A stretch of DNA of 48,436 bases, from the NCBI GenBank assembly GCA_049967195.1, contig JBMFTE010000003.1, positions 1 to 48,436 of the forward strand. The letters run 5' to 3'. Position 1 is the first letter of the stretch. Each line of letters starts with the position of its first letter. This document shows positions 27,405-37,058 of the stretch, piece after piece. Under the pieces are notes generated by a model. The model saw nothing but the letters and a program-made list of their open reading frames with translations, was not told the DNA's origin and made no database searches. This DNA is from Nitrososphaeria archaeon. GTDB lineage: Archaea; Thermoproteota; Nitrososphaeria; Conexivisphaerales; UBA164. Position numbers and translations under genes: made by a program.

Positions 27405-29246
27405 TTAGCCACTTTTATCCATATGCTCTTCAACAAACTGGGACAGGTCAATTACCTTCATCGACCCACTCAGCTTTACGCTGGAAGCGTCGTTCAGCAT
27501 TGCATTGCAAAAGGGGCACAATGTCACCGTTACCTTTGCCCCGGTGGATGACAGCTGGTCAAGCCTTTCATGGCTGATCCTCTTTTCTTCCGGGACATCG
27601 TACCAGTAATTAGCACCGCCAGCCCCGCAGCAAAATGTCCTCTCGCCGCTCAGCCTGGGCTCCTTCAGATTCGCAGCACTGGAAAGTATGAGCCTCTGAG
27701 GCTCAACAACCCCGTTGTACCTGGCCAAATAGCAGGGGTCATGCACTGTTACGTCCTCCTCGGCCTTTTTGAGCCTGACCAACCCTTTTTTAATGAGCTC
27801 CTCAATCAGCTGGGATTCATGATATACCTTTATCCCCCTCATTGATGGGTCAATGCTGCCGTAGTCATTTGTGAACGAGTTATAGCCGTGAGCGCATAGC
27901 ACGACCAGCTTTTTTACCCCATATTTTTTGAATATTTCAATGTTTGTAAGAGCATAGTTCTGGAATGTGCCCTCTTCACCAAGCCTGCGCGCCGGGTCTC
28001 CGCAACACGTTTCCTCATCACCAAGGTATGCCAGCTTATCCGAAAGCCCAGCTTCCTTGATGATTTTAAGTAGTGACCTCACGCTTGCCCTGGACCTTTC
28101 ATCAAAGCTTGGCATGCAGCCGACCCAGAGAAGATATTCAAACGGCTTTCCCTCCCTGGCCTCGCTTATCCCAAATTCCTCCTTTATCCATGAATTTCTT
28201 CCATAGTTTGGCAGACCCATCGAGTTCCCACCCTGCATCAAGTTCATCAGCAGGGACGATTTCTTCTGGTCCAGCCTGTTCTTTTCCACCATGGTCCGCC
28301 GCAATGAATAGATCAGCCCCAGATGGTCTACCCCCACTGGGCAGGAATAAACGCAGGCACCGCAGGTTGTGCACGACCAAACCTCGTCATCCGATATTAC
28401 ATGGAATGGATCTGTCTCTTCCCCGTTGCTTCCTTTGAACACACTCACTTTCCGGACCAGCACTCTAGGTGAAAGTATCCTCCCCGTAGCGGTTGCAGGG
28501 CAGGCCGCCTCACAGGCCCCTATTTCGACGCATGAATCACATGAAGCTATGGTATCGCTGCTCAGCTCACCTATTTTATCCACCCCCATTTTTACCTGCG
28601 CCGCGTCGACCTCGCCCGACTGTATTTTTTTCAGTTCAAATGGAAGCGGTATGTGGCTTACAGGCCTGTCAAAGTTCTTGATCAGGTTGATTGACGGCTT
28701 AGCATAGTAAACCGCTATGAAGAGGTTCTTTACGGCATCAAGCAGGTTTGCAAGCCATCCAAAACCGCTTATCCACTCGACTATGAGCTGGGCAATCGTA
28801 AAAGTTATCACAACTATCAGGATTACCTGCATCTTCTTCGAGCTTAAAATCATTTCTTCACTGGCTTTAAGTTTCCTGTTGAGCATGTCGCTTCTGTCAA
28901 GTAGCTGCAGCCTCCAATACAGTGACAGCAGGAGCCCCACAATTGCTGGCAGGGTCAGCGCCAGCATCAAATAAAGTAGGGGCCAGAGATATGGGAGCAC
29001 CGGCCCCAGCAGGGCAAATGCTATGGAGAGCAGGAGGCCGACAACTATTGCAAAGTGCATCCTGTCTATTGAATCGCCACTGATTAGCCTGTTTATTTCT
29101 TCGACTCCCAGTTTCCATAATCGGTTGACGCTTAGGGCCACCGAATACCTCTTGCTCCAGAGCCCAAACGTGTACAGTATTGAAATAACGCTGAGCAGGA
29201 CCAGCGCATATGTAAAGTAGAAGGCTATCTCGCCCACAAAGCTCAA
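27405..29246 (-). CDS. Membrane-anchored Fe-S oxidoreductase, HdrD/FadF/EMO-like (probable ETF:quinone oxidoreductase)
   Basis: N-terminal TM helices, ferredoxin motifs (CTTCGACVYSCP) and two CCG domains (CCGD, HDPC...CCGAGG); same strand directly upstream of etfA. Confidence 0.85.
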   Translation of the reverse strand: MSFVGEIAFYFTYALVLLSVISILYTFGLWSKRYSVALSVNRLWKLGVEEINRLISGDSIDRMHFAIVVGLLLSIAFALLGPVLPYLWPLLYLMLALTLPAIVGLLLSLYWRLQLLDRSDMLNRKLKASEEMILSSKKMQVILIVVITFTIAQLIVEWISGFGWLANLLDAVKNLFIAVYYAKPSINLIKNFDRPVSHIPLPFELKKIQSGEVDAAQVKMGVDKIGELSSDTIASCDSCVEIGACEAACPATATGRILSPRVLVRKVSVFKGSNGEETDPFHVISDDEVWSCTTCGACVYSCPVGVDHLGLIYSLRRTMVEKNRLDQKKSSLLMNLMQGGNSMGLPNYGRNSWIKEEFGISEAREGKPFEYLLWVGCMPSFDERSRASVRSLLKIIKEAGLSDKLAYLGDEETCCGDPARRLGEEGTFQNYALTNIEIFKKYGVKKLVVLCAHGYNSFTNDYGSIDPSMRGIKVYHESQLIEELIKKGLVRLKKAEEDVTVHDPCYLARYNGVVEPQRLILSSAANLKEPRLSGERTFCCGAGGANYWYDVPEEKRISHERLDQLSSTGAKVTVTLCPFCNAMLNDASSVKLSGSMKVIDLSQFVEEHMDKSG

Positions 29247-29407
29247 TTTATGTTCACCATGTTAAACCGTTTTTTCATATTGGATTGCAGGTCTGGATCT
29301 ATGACCAATTTACAGAAGCAGTTAGACGCCACAGAAATATAAATATAGCCATGCCTGGGTGAATTGCTGTGGGTAAAATTTAAATTGTGGTATTATTATT
29401 TATTATT

Positions 29408-31015
29408 ATGGAAGGATATAATTATCAGCTTAATTTGAAAAACCTTTTTTCAAACACAAAAAGGCTCTTCGGGTCCAAGGAAATCGTTTACAGAAACATC
29501 AGGAGGTATACGTATTCGGAGTTTCTCGACAGGGTTAACGGGCTGTGTGCAGGGCTCCAGGAAATTGGGGTGAAAAAGGGCGACGTCATTGGCGTGCTTG
29601 ACTGGGACACAACCACGTACATGGAATCGTATTTTGCTATACCGATGTCCGGAGCCGTAATGCATACAGTTAATATCAGGTATCCGCCTGAACTCATATA
29701 CCTCACAATGAACCATGCGGGCGACAGGTACGTGATTGTAAGAGATGAATTTGTCCCCATTCTTGAAAAAAGTGCTCCGCTCTTTGATTTCATCAAGGGC
29801 TGGATAACCTATTCAGATATAACAAAGAAGGTGCAGACTTCACTTTCACCTCATTATGATTACGATGAGCTTGTAAAGAGAACCAGCTGCGAACCCCCCG
29901 ATATTGATGAAAATTCCCAGGCAACTGTATTCTACACTTCTGGCACCACGGGTATGCCAAAGGGCGTGACCTTTACACAGAGGAACCTGTTTCTTCATAC
30001 GCTTTCCCTAGTTGCATTCATGAAATATCCGCCGCTTTCACTTACCGCCACAGATGTATTTATGTCCCTCGTTCCAATGTTCCACGTTCATTCGTGGGGG
30101 ATGCCGTACGTGGCTCTGCTCAACGGGAACAAGTACGTTCTGCCGGGAAAATATGAGCCGGCAGTGCTGCTAAACCTATTGAAAAACGAAAAAATCACCT
30201 TTTCCACAATGGTTCCTTCAATACTTTACATGATTTTAAGCGCTCCAAACATTGATGAATTCAGGGATTACCTACGGGGATGGAAGGTTATAATAGGGGG
30301 TGCCGCACTGCCAAGGGGACTCGCTGAAAAAGCCAGAAATTTCGGCATAACGACAATCGGAGGGTACGGTTTGTCCGAAACATGCCCCGTACTGACAATT
30401 GCAGTGAAAAACGACCAGGCACTAAGACTTTCTGATGAAGAAGTGATGGACTACCTGACAAGCGCTGGATTACCAGTGCCGATGGCCAACGTAAAGGTGG
30501 TTGACAGTTCCGGAAAAGAAGTCCCATGGGACAGCAGTACCGTAGGCGAGGTTGTTGCAAGGGCGCCCTGGCTGACGCAGGGTTATTACCTTGATCCTGA
30601 CAAATCTGAAGAGCTCTGGAGGGGCGGCTGGCTCCACACCGGGGACCTTGCGGTGATTGACAAGCTTGGTTACATTCATGTAGTCGACCGGGAAAAGGAC
30701 GCGGTAAAGAGCGGCGGGGAATTTATACCCACGCTGATAGTGGAAAACGTGCTAAGCGAAGTCAGCGGCGTGGGTGAAGTTGCTGTGATCGGCGTGCCAG
30801 ATGAAAGGTGGGGTGAACGCCCCGTAGCCTTTATAACGAAAAGGGGTGAAGTTGGTGAAAGGGAAATATACAACCACCTTGATAATTACGTTAAAATAGG
30901 CCGCATCCAGAAATGGTGGATCCCCGACAAGATCGTGTTCGTGGAAAGCATGCCCAGAACCAGCACTAACAAGGTTGACAAAAAGGAACTGAGAAAGGCT
31001 TACACCAGCGGTTAA
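29408..31015 (+). CDS. AMP-forming fatty-acid--CoA ligase
   Basis: YTSGTTGMPKG, PMFHV, GYGLSET, WLHTGD and KVDKK. Confidence 0.93.
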   Translation: MEGYNYQLNLKNLFSNTKRLFGSKEIVYRNIRRYTYSEFLDRVNGLCAGLQEIGVKKGDVIGVLDWDTTTYMESYFAIPMSGAVMHTVNIRYPPELIYLTMNHAGDRYVIVRDEFVPILEKSAPLFDFIKGWITYSDITKKVQTSLSPHYDYDELVKRTSCEPPDIDENSQATVFYTSGTTGMPKGVTFTQRNLFLHTLSLVAFMKYPPLSLTATDVFMSLVPMFHVHSWGMPYVALLNGNKYVLPGKYEPAVLLNLLKNEKITFSTMVPSILYMILSAPNIDEFRDYLRGWKVIIGGAALPRGLAEKARNFGITTIGGYGLSETCPVLTIAVKNDQALRLSDEEVMDYLTSAGLPVPMANVKVVDSSGKEVPWDSSTVGEVVARAPWLTQGYYLDPDKSEELWRGGWLHTGDLAVIDKLGYIHVVDREKDAVKSGGEFIPTLIVENVLSEVSGVGEVAVIGVPDERWGERPVAFITKRGEVGEREIYNHLDNYVKIGRIQKWWIPDKIVFVESMPRTSTNKVDKKELRKAYTSG

Positions 31016-32634
31016 GCCGCGCTTTCCGAAATGCTCTGCTCCCTCAAAAACTGCAAAAGGTAGTACCTCCCACCGGTTCCCTTTCCTGACGTACCGCTCC
31101 CCTTCCACCCCACAAACGGATGAAAGCCCACTATTGCGCCGGTGGTTGCACTGGAATACCTGTTTATGTAGACAACACCGGCACTGATTTTATTTTTGAA
31201 TATTGCTATTTCGCTCTTTTTCCTTGAATACAGCCCTGCAGTAAGACCGTACTGCGAATCGTTAGCCATTCTGAGAGCATCTTCAAAACTTTCGTAGCTG
31301 TCAACAAGCAGGAAGGGAAGGAACAGCTCCTTCCTGTAAAGCTCATGCCCGTGGCTGAGCTTAACTATTGTCGGTTCAACATAATATCCGTCAAGCCCCG
31401 TTTTAAGCGCCCTCCCGCCAAAGATAACCTTCCCGTCCCTCCCTGCCAGGTTAAGGGCCCACTCAAACCGTTCATACGCCTCCCTGCTTATGAGGGGCCC
31501 CATGTACACATCCCTTTCGAGCGGGTTACCGACCTTTATTTCCCTTGCATTCTGGATCAGCAGTTTCATGAACCTTTCACTCACGTCATTTTGAACGTAC
31601 ACGCGCGATAGCGCGCTGCATTTTTGCCCTCCAAACCCAAACGCTGCTGCCACCACGCCTGCTGCCGCGCCCTCCAAATCTGCGCCGTCTGAAACTATGG
31701 TTGAATTCTTTCCTCCCATTTCGACTATAAACTCCTTGTTCTGGCCAAGGCTGTACGACTTGCTGATCATTCCCATACCCACCTCCATCGAGCCGGTGAA
31801 CACAATTCCGCTAACGGTACTGTTTGTTGCAAGCTCATCACCAACAACCGCCCCCGGCCCTGACACATAGTTAAATACGCCTGGTGGAATGCCGGCATCC
31901 GTAAAAAGGTGATAAAGCAACACCCCCGACAGCATGGACATGTTGCCGGTCGACGAAGGCTTAAACACAACCGTATTGCCGGTTATCATCGCCCCTGAGC
32001 TCATTCCGGTTGATATGGATACCGGAAAGTTAAATGGGGCAATTACACCAAAAACGCCATATGGCTTCATCAGATGCGAAACCCTTTCGCCCCTTCCCGG
32101 TGAGCCATGGAATCCAAGCTTTACCTTTACCCTGGACCCGTGCAGGTACACGCTCTCACTGTAACCCTTATTTTTCAGCATCTGCAGGGAGTAGTACCTT
32201 AGGAAGTCAATTGCTTCATCAACCTCCCCCATTGATTCCAGCCTGTTCTTCCCGTTCTCTATGCTGAGAACCGCGGAAAGCAGGAACTTGTTTTTCGAAA
32301 ACAGGTCTGCCGCCTTCATCATCAGCCTAGACCTTTTAATGTACCCAAGGCCCTGCCATTTGTCAAAGGCCCGAAGTGCTGATTCCACGGCAAGCCTTGT
32401 TTCCTCCCTGCCTGCTTTCTGGCAGGTGCATATGACCCTTCCATCTATGGGCGACCTTTCCGTGAGCTTGCTGTCGAGCGTGATTTTCCTATCCCCGATG
32501 TACAGGGGGTATTCCCTTCCCAGCCAGTCCCTTTCTGCTTCATCGACCGCGCGCTCAAAAAGGGAGTTAAAATCGCTTTCTCGCCCCTCTTCAGAAAATT
32601 TCCTGAACGTAAACTCATTTTTAAACTCTGCCAT
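31012..32634 (-). CDS. Delta-1-pyrroline-5-carboxylate dehydrogenase (aldehyde dehydrogenase family)
   Basis: FKNE N-terminus, EAIDFLRYY, APFNFP, EMGGKN, GQKCSA and TGAIVG..PF.GWK.SG; divergent from proline dehydrogenase. Confidence 0.88.
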   Translation of the reverse strand: MAEFKNEFTFRKFSEEGRESDFNSLFERAVDEAERDWLGREYPLYIGDRKITLDSKLTERSPIDGRVICTCQKAGREETRLAVESALRAFDKWQGLGYIKRSRLMMKAADLFSKNKFLLSAVLSIENGKNRLESMGEVDEAIDFLRYYSLQMLKNKGYSESVYLHGSRVKVKLGFHGSPGRGERVSHLMKPYGVFGVIAPFNFPVSISTGMSSGAMITGNTVVFKPSSTGNMSMLSGVLLYHLFTDAGIPPGVFNYVSGPGAVVGDELATNSTVSGIVFTGSMEVGMGMISKSYSLGQNKEFIVEMGGKNSTIVSDGADLEGAAAGVVAAAFGFGGQKCSALSRVYVQNDVSERFMKLLIQNAREIKVGNPLERDVYMGPLISREAYERFEWALNLAGRDGKVIFGGRALKTGLDGYYVEPTIVKLSHGHELYRKELFLPFLLVDSYESFEDALRMANDSQYGLTAGLYSRKKSEIAIFKNKISAGVVYINRYSSATTGAIVGFHPFVGWKGSGTSGKGTGGRYYLLQFLREQSISESAA

Positions 32635-32703
32635 GATAATATGTTAATATATTTTAATAAATAAACATTTTCTGTTCAATAACTTGACAATATCAGTTGA
32701 ATA

Positions 32704-32720
32704 TTTATAATAATTATAAA
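32704..32720. promoter_or_regulatory. 8-1-8 palindrome in the divergent P5CDH/PRODH promoter
   Basis: TTTATAAT-A-ATTATAAA; either TATA-like elements on both strands or an operator. Confidence 0.35.
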
Positions 32721-32760
32721 AGATAAAATGTTTTTATCCAAGAAATTGCTATATAGTGTC

Positions 32761-33594
32761 ATGTCCATCGAGTCGCTTCTGGCAGGAAAATGGATAGCGG
32801 GTCCAAACGCCGATTTTGCCGTGAGGAGGATAAAGCAGATCAACGGCCGCGGCTGTCAAGCAATAGCTAACTACCTTGGCGAAAGCCTCACCCGCAGAAC
32901 TGAAATAGATGAAACTACCGAGCAGTACATTCGGCTGGTTGATGCCATCAGCGCCAATCTGTTAAGGGCTGATATATCTGTCAAGGCAACGCAAATCGGG
33001 CTTTCCGTAAACGAGGAAACGGCCGTTGAAAATTACGGAAAGATAGTGGAACATGCAAGAAAGGAAGGCGTGTTCGTGTGGCTCGACATGGAGTCTTCAG
33101 ATACTGTCGGCAGCACGATAAAAATTTATGAATCCCAGGTAAAAAAGGGGGGCGTTGGGATAGCAATACAGTCCTACCTTAAAAGGTCCATAGATGATGT
33201 CAGCAGGCTGACGGAAGAAGGCGGTGTGATCAGACTCGTCAAGGGGGCGTACAAGGAGAGCCCGGAAATTGCCTATACCGGCTGGAAGGAGAGGACCGGA
33301 AATTTCAGGAACATAATGAATTATCTGTTCGAGAAATCTGAGGTGTTCACCATTGCAACGCACGACCTAGAGCTCGTGAGGGAGGCAATGGCACTAAATA
33401 AAAAATACAGCCGGGACATTACATTTGCTATGCTTCTCGGGATAAGAAACAAATATGCCTATGAACTTGCCAGGTCAGGGTTCCGGTGTTCAATATATGT
33501 ACCTTATGGCGCCAGATGGGTTGATTATGCCTCGAGGAGGCTCAGGGAGGCAAGCAACCTGTACCTGGTTTTAAGGTCAATTGTAGAAAAGTGA
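32761..33594 (+). CDS. Monofunctional proline dehydrogenase
   Basis: ISVKATQIG, LDME, QSYL, RLVKGAY, IATHD and YVPYG...RRL.E. Confidence 0.92.
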   Translation: MSIESLLAGKWIAGPNADFAVRRIKQINGRGCQAIANYLGESLTRRTEIDETTEQYIRLVDAISANLLRADISVKATQIGLSVNEETAVENYGKIVEHARKEGVFVWLDMESSDTVGSTIKIYESQVKKGGVGIAIQSYLKRSIDDVSRLTEEGGVIRLVKGAYKESPEIAYTGWKERTGNFRNIMNYLFEKSEVFTIATHDLELVREAMALNKKYSRDITFAMLLGIRNKYAYELARSGFRCSIYVPYGARWVDYASRRLREASNLYLVLRSIVEK

Positions 33595-33598
33595 TTTC

Positions 33599-33979
33599 TT
33601 ATACACCTTTCACAGGAGCCCATATTATCGCTAAAATCCCACCCACAAACATGAGCACAGACCCTATGAAAAATCCGAACAGGGTGGGGAAGGCAAACAC
33701 CGATGAAATAATCAACATCATGCCTCCCGCCGCAACCCTTGCCCGTTTTCCGGTATTGAGGAACGCTATCCCAGCCACGCCAAGCACAACAAATATCAGC
33801 CCCATAACTGTGAACGGCACCGACCAGAAAAATATAAAAGGCCCAAACGTGATCGCGCGCCCCGGCGGTGCAAGCGCTACCAGTGAAAGGACAGCTATTT
33901 CCACCAACAGGGCCAGCAGCTGAAAGGCCAGGCCGATAGATGATATGGCAATTGCCGCGCGCGGCTTAGGGGCGTTCAT
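33599..33979 (-). CDS. Small integral membrane protein
   Basis: 126 aa with about four hydrophobic helices; GFFIGSVL..VGGILAI. Confidence 0.7.
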   Translation of the reverse strand: MNAPKPRAAIAISSIGLAFQLLALLVEIAVLSLVALAPPGRAITFGPFIFFWSVPFTVMGLIFVVLGVAGIAFLNTGKRARVAAGGMMLIISSVFAFPTLFGFFIGSVLMFVGGILAIIWAPVKGV

Positions 33980-34073
33980 GCTATCACAAGCGCTAACGGG
34001 TTAAATATCCATTTCCTTTTTGTGAGTGAGGTTTTAAAATTAAGCTTATTAATCAAATCTAGATTATATTTAT

Positions 34074-35240
34074 GTGCATCAGAAAAGTATAACATTCCTT
34101 TATGCCATAGCGGTAATTGTCCCGATAACCTTCGCCATAAGGGCTTCCAATAACATGCTGGCGACAACCGCACCTCTCCTTGTGAAGTACTATTTTAACT
34201 TTAACAGCACGGAAGTCGGGCTGCTGTCTGCGCTGTCATCACTGGGGTCACTGATTGCCAGTGGCTTATTAAATTCAAGGTTAAACGCTGTTAGCAGGAG
34301 AAGGGCCTTCATAGGTTCATCGCTGGCATATGCAATCATACTTCCTACTTACTATCTGGCCGGCCCGTTGACCATCTGGGCCCTTTCAGCCGTATCGGGG
34401 TTATCTCTCGGGCTGATAATGCCAAATATAATAACCGCAGCAGGACTTGTCAATGATAAGAAATCCAGGGAAAGGATACTGGCAATATATACAGTGGCGC
34501 TGAGCCTCAGTTTGATACTTGGTCCATTGATCGAAACGGCCATGCTGACCCGGGTAACAATCCCATGGGTATTTTTGCTGTTTGCCCCATTTGGCATAAT
34601 CGCCGCATTTCTTTCCTTTTTACTCCGGTTTCCAGAAGAGCGTAAAAATCCTGTAAAGGTCAGAGTGTACCACAATCCCGGCTTCAGGGTTGCTATATAT
34701 AACAACACGGCCTACAGCATACCGTTTGCCTTTATAGTTGTGTTTGCCGGAATTTATGCAAGGGATCAATTTAACGTCAGCTTTGCCATTGCAACCGGCC
34801 TGTATTCTCTTTTTTACACCACATCATTCATTTCAAGGCTGGCCCTCTCAGTGAGACCTGTTGAAAGGATAGGCACGATCACAGCTTTTTCCATACTGCT
34901 CACAGCCATAGGGCTTCTGATGGCAACACTGACCAAGGACCTGCTGCTCTTCATGGCATCGCTTTTAATACTTGGCGTGCCTCACGGCCTGACCTATCCG
35001 GTGTCGCTGATTTCCATATCCAGGTCATTCAGGTCTGAAGAAAGAAACCTGGCGAACAGCCAGTTCTTTGCATTTATGACGATGGTCTCAATTGCTGTCA
35101 TGCCGCTTACCGGGCTTCTAGCACAGGCAGTTGGGCTCAGGAACGTCTTTGCCCTCCTTGTGCCATTTGTGCTTCTGCTTTTTGCGCTAATGAGAAGGGA
35201 CATCGCATCTATGGAAAAAATGACAGCCGTTTTAAGCTAA
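34074..35240 (+). CDS. MFS transporter
   Basis: About 12 TM segments in two halves. Confidence 0.85.
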   Translation: MHQKSITFLYAIAVIVPITFAIRASNNMLATTAPLLVKYYFNFNSTEVGLLSALSSLGSLIASGLLNSRLNAVSRRRAFIGSSLAYAIILPTYYLAGPLTIWALSAVSGLSLGLIMPNIITAAGLVNDKKSRERILAIYTVALSLSLILGPLIETAMLTRVTIPWVFLLFAPFGIIAAFLSFLLRFPEERKNPVKVRVYHNPGFRVAIYNNTAYSIPFAFIVVFAGIYARDQFNVSFAIATGLYSLFYTTSFISRLALSVRPVERIGTITAFSILLTAIGLLMATLTKDLLLFMASLLILGVPHGLTYPVSLISISRSFRSEERNLANSQFFAFMTMVSIAVMPLTGLLAQAVGLRNVFALLVPFVLLLFALMRRDIASMEKMTAVLS

Positions 35241-36022
35241 ATACAGCCTTTGTCCATTGCATCATAGAGCCTTTCGTACAGTTCCTTCATGTCATCATTT
35301 TCATTGATCTTAAAGCTGCCGTGCTCCAGCTCATCCAGCACCCCCCTGATTTCCCCAAACAGCCTTGCTGATATAGAATTTGAATTAATGATCTCTGCAA
35401 TGAGTCTTGAAGAATTGTAAAGAGAAGCAGCTTCCACATACTGCATCATTCGTGAGCTTGTGCCCATCAGGTCCCTGTCGTGCACCATGAGCCTGCTCGA
35501 TATTACTGATAGAATCTGGACAAGCTGTATCGTGTGTGTTACAAGGTCATCGTGGGTTGCCGTCCCTATTTCAACGATCTTTGCCCCGGAAAAAATTGTA
35601 GACGCGATTTTTGCCTCGTTTTCCCTGTCCTTCACCGGCACCAGCAAAACCGTTTTCCCTTCAAGTTTTCTTGCCCCGGGACCGAAAAGGGGGTGAACCG
35701 AGACGCTGGCCGCGGCAAGGCCCATCATTTCCGCATTTACCCCCTTCTTGAGGCTGCTCATTTCTATGACAGTGCCAGCATATTCTGCCTCTTTAAGCTT
35801 CCTTATGACATCAACTGCTGAAGACAGGTTAACGGCAATGACCACCATTTCGTAATTGCCGTACGACGGATTTTTGATGAACTTTCCAGCGAGGTTCCCG
35901 ATTATGGCTTTTTTATTTATATCAGTTATCCATACATCGTAATCCGCCTGCAGATGTCTGGCCATCCATCTTCCCATGCCTCCGGCCCCTACTATGAGTG
36001 TCCTTTGCTTATTTTTTTCCAT
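35237..36022 (-). CDS. tyrA: Prephenate/arogenate dehydrogenase (TyrA family)
   Basis: GAGGMG, EMSSLK, HPLFGP and HD; overlaps the fixB stop. Confidence 0.8.
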   Translation of the reverse strand: MEKNKQRTLIVGAGGMGRWMARHLQADYDVWITDINKKAIIGNLAGKFIKNPSYGNYEMVVIAVNLSSAVDVIRKLKEAEYAGTVIEMSSLKKGVNAEMMGLAAASVSVHPLFGPGARKLEGKTVLLVPVKDRENEAKIASTIFSGAKIVEIGTATHDDLVTHTIQLVQILSVISSRLMVHDRDLMGTSSRMMQYVEAASLYNSSRLIAEIINSNSISARLFGEIRGVLDELEHGSFKINENDDMKELYERLYDAMDKGCI

Positions 36023-37058
36023 TTTTAATTCCATCCATCAGCCTTATCAGTTCAGGGATGATCTGCTTGTAATCTCCCACCACCCCATAATCTGCACTCT
36101 CAAATATGGGAGCATTGGGGTCATTGTTTATTGCAACAACCCTCTTAGCTTCCCTTATCCCGAAAACGTGCTGGGCGGCGCCGCTTATTGCAACAGCAAC
36201 GTACAGGTTTGGCCTGACCGTCTTCCCAGTTTGGCCCACCTGCCTGTCATGCTGGATCCAGCCCATGTCAACCGCTTTCCTGCTGCCCGCGTAGGTTCCG
36301 CCGAGCAATTGCGCCAGCTTTTTTAACATATCGAATCCGTCCTTCGAGCCGAGGCCCCTGCCGCCTGAAACGATCACTCCAGCCTTTTCTATTGGAATTT
36401 CATCGGAGCCCTTGATCTCTACCTGTTCCAGCATTTCCAGCCCTGGCTCGTGCAGCTCACCCAAATTCTCCTGAGTGACGCTTGCCTTCCTGCTTTCATC
36501 CTTTTCCGGCAGCGGGAATACGTTGGGTCTTACGCTTCCCATAACAGGCCTCCTCCTCAAAGTCCTGATATGCGCCAGCTGCCATGCACCAAAGGGGGGC
36601 CTTACAAGTATTATTTCCTTGGTTTTTTCGTCAACCTCAATCATTGTTAGATCTGCTGTTATACCGGTCCTGAGGTTGTTAGCTATGTAAGGTGCTAGTT
36701 CCCTTCCCCTCATCGTTCCGGCTACAAGGAATGCCTCCGGCTTGTATTTCATTGCAAGCTGCGCCAGCGCTTCACCGTACATTATTGCATAGTACGTTTC
36801 AAATCTTGGATCTTCAACATATATGACCTCATCGGCACCGTACATCCCCGGTTCATCAATCAGCGGCCCAAGCTTGCTGCCAAGCACTACTGCCACGAGT
36901 TCGCTGCCTACCTTGTTTGCCACCTCCCTGGCCTTCCCCAGTAGCTGCAGGCTTGCTTCATGAATGTGTCCCTTATCAACTTCGATGTACACCCAAACGT
37001 TCTTGTGTTCAGCTATGTTCACAGGTATCCAGTCAGGACATTGGCCGCTTGCGCTCAA
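36009..37058 (-). CDS. fixB: ETF alpha subunit, FixB type
   Basis: TGITAD, RPPFG, SGGRG, QVGQTG and ISGAAQH; TTG start overlaps the fixA stop (TTGA). Confidence 0.92.
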   Translation of the reverse strand: MSASGQCPDWIPVNIAEHKNVWVYIEVDKGHIHEASLQLLGKAREVANKVGSELVAVVLGSKLGPLIDEPGMYGADEVIYVEDPRFETYYAIMYGEALAQLAMKYKPEAFLVAGTMRGRELAPYIANNLRTGITADLTMIEVDEKTKEIILVRPPFGAWQLAHIRTLRRRPVMGSVRPNVFPLPEKDESRKASVTQENLGELHEPGLEMLEQVEIKGSDEIPIEKAGVIVSGGRGLGSKDGFDMLKKLAQLLGGTYAGSRKAVDMGWIQHDRQVGQTGKTVRPNLYVAVAISGAAQHVFGIREAKRVVAINNDPNAPIFESADYGVVGDYKQIIPELIRLMDGIKNGKK

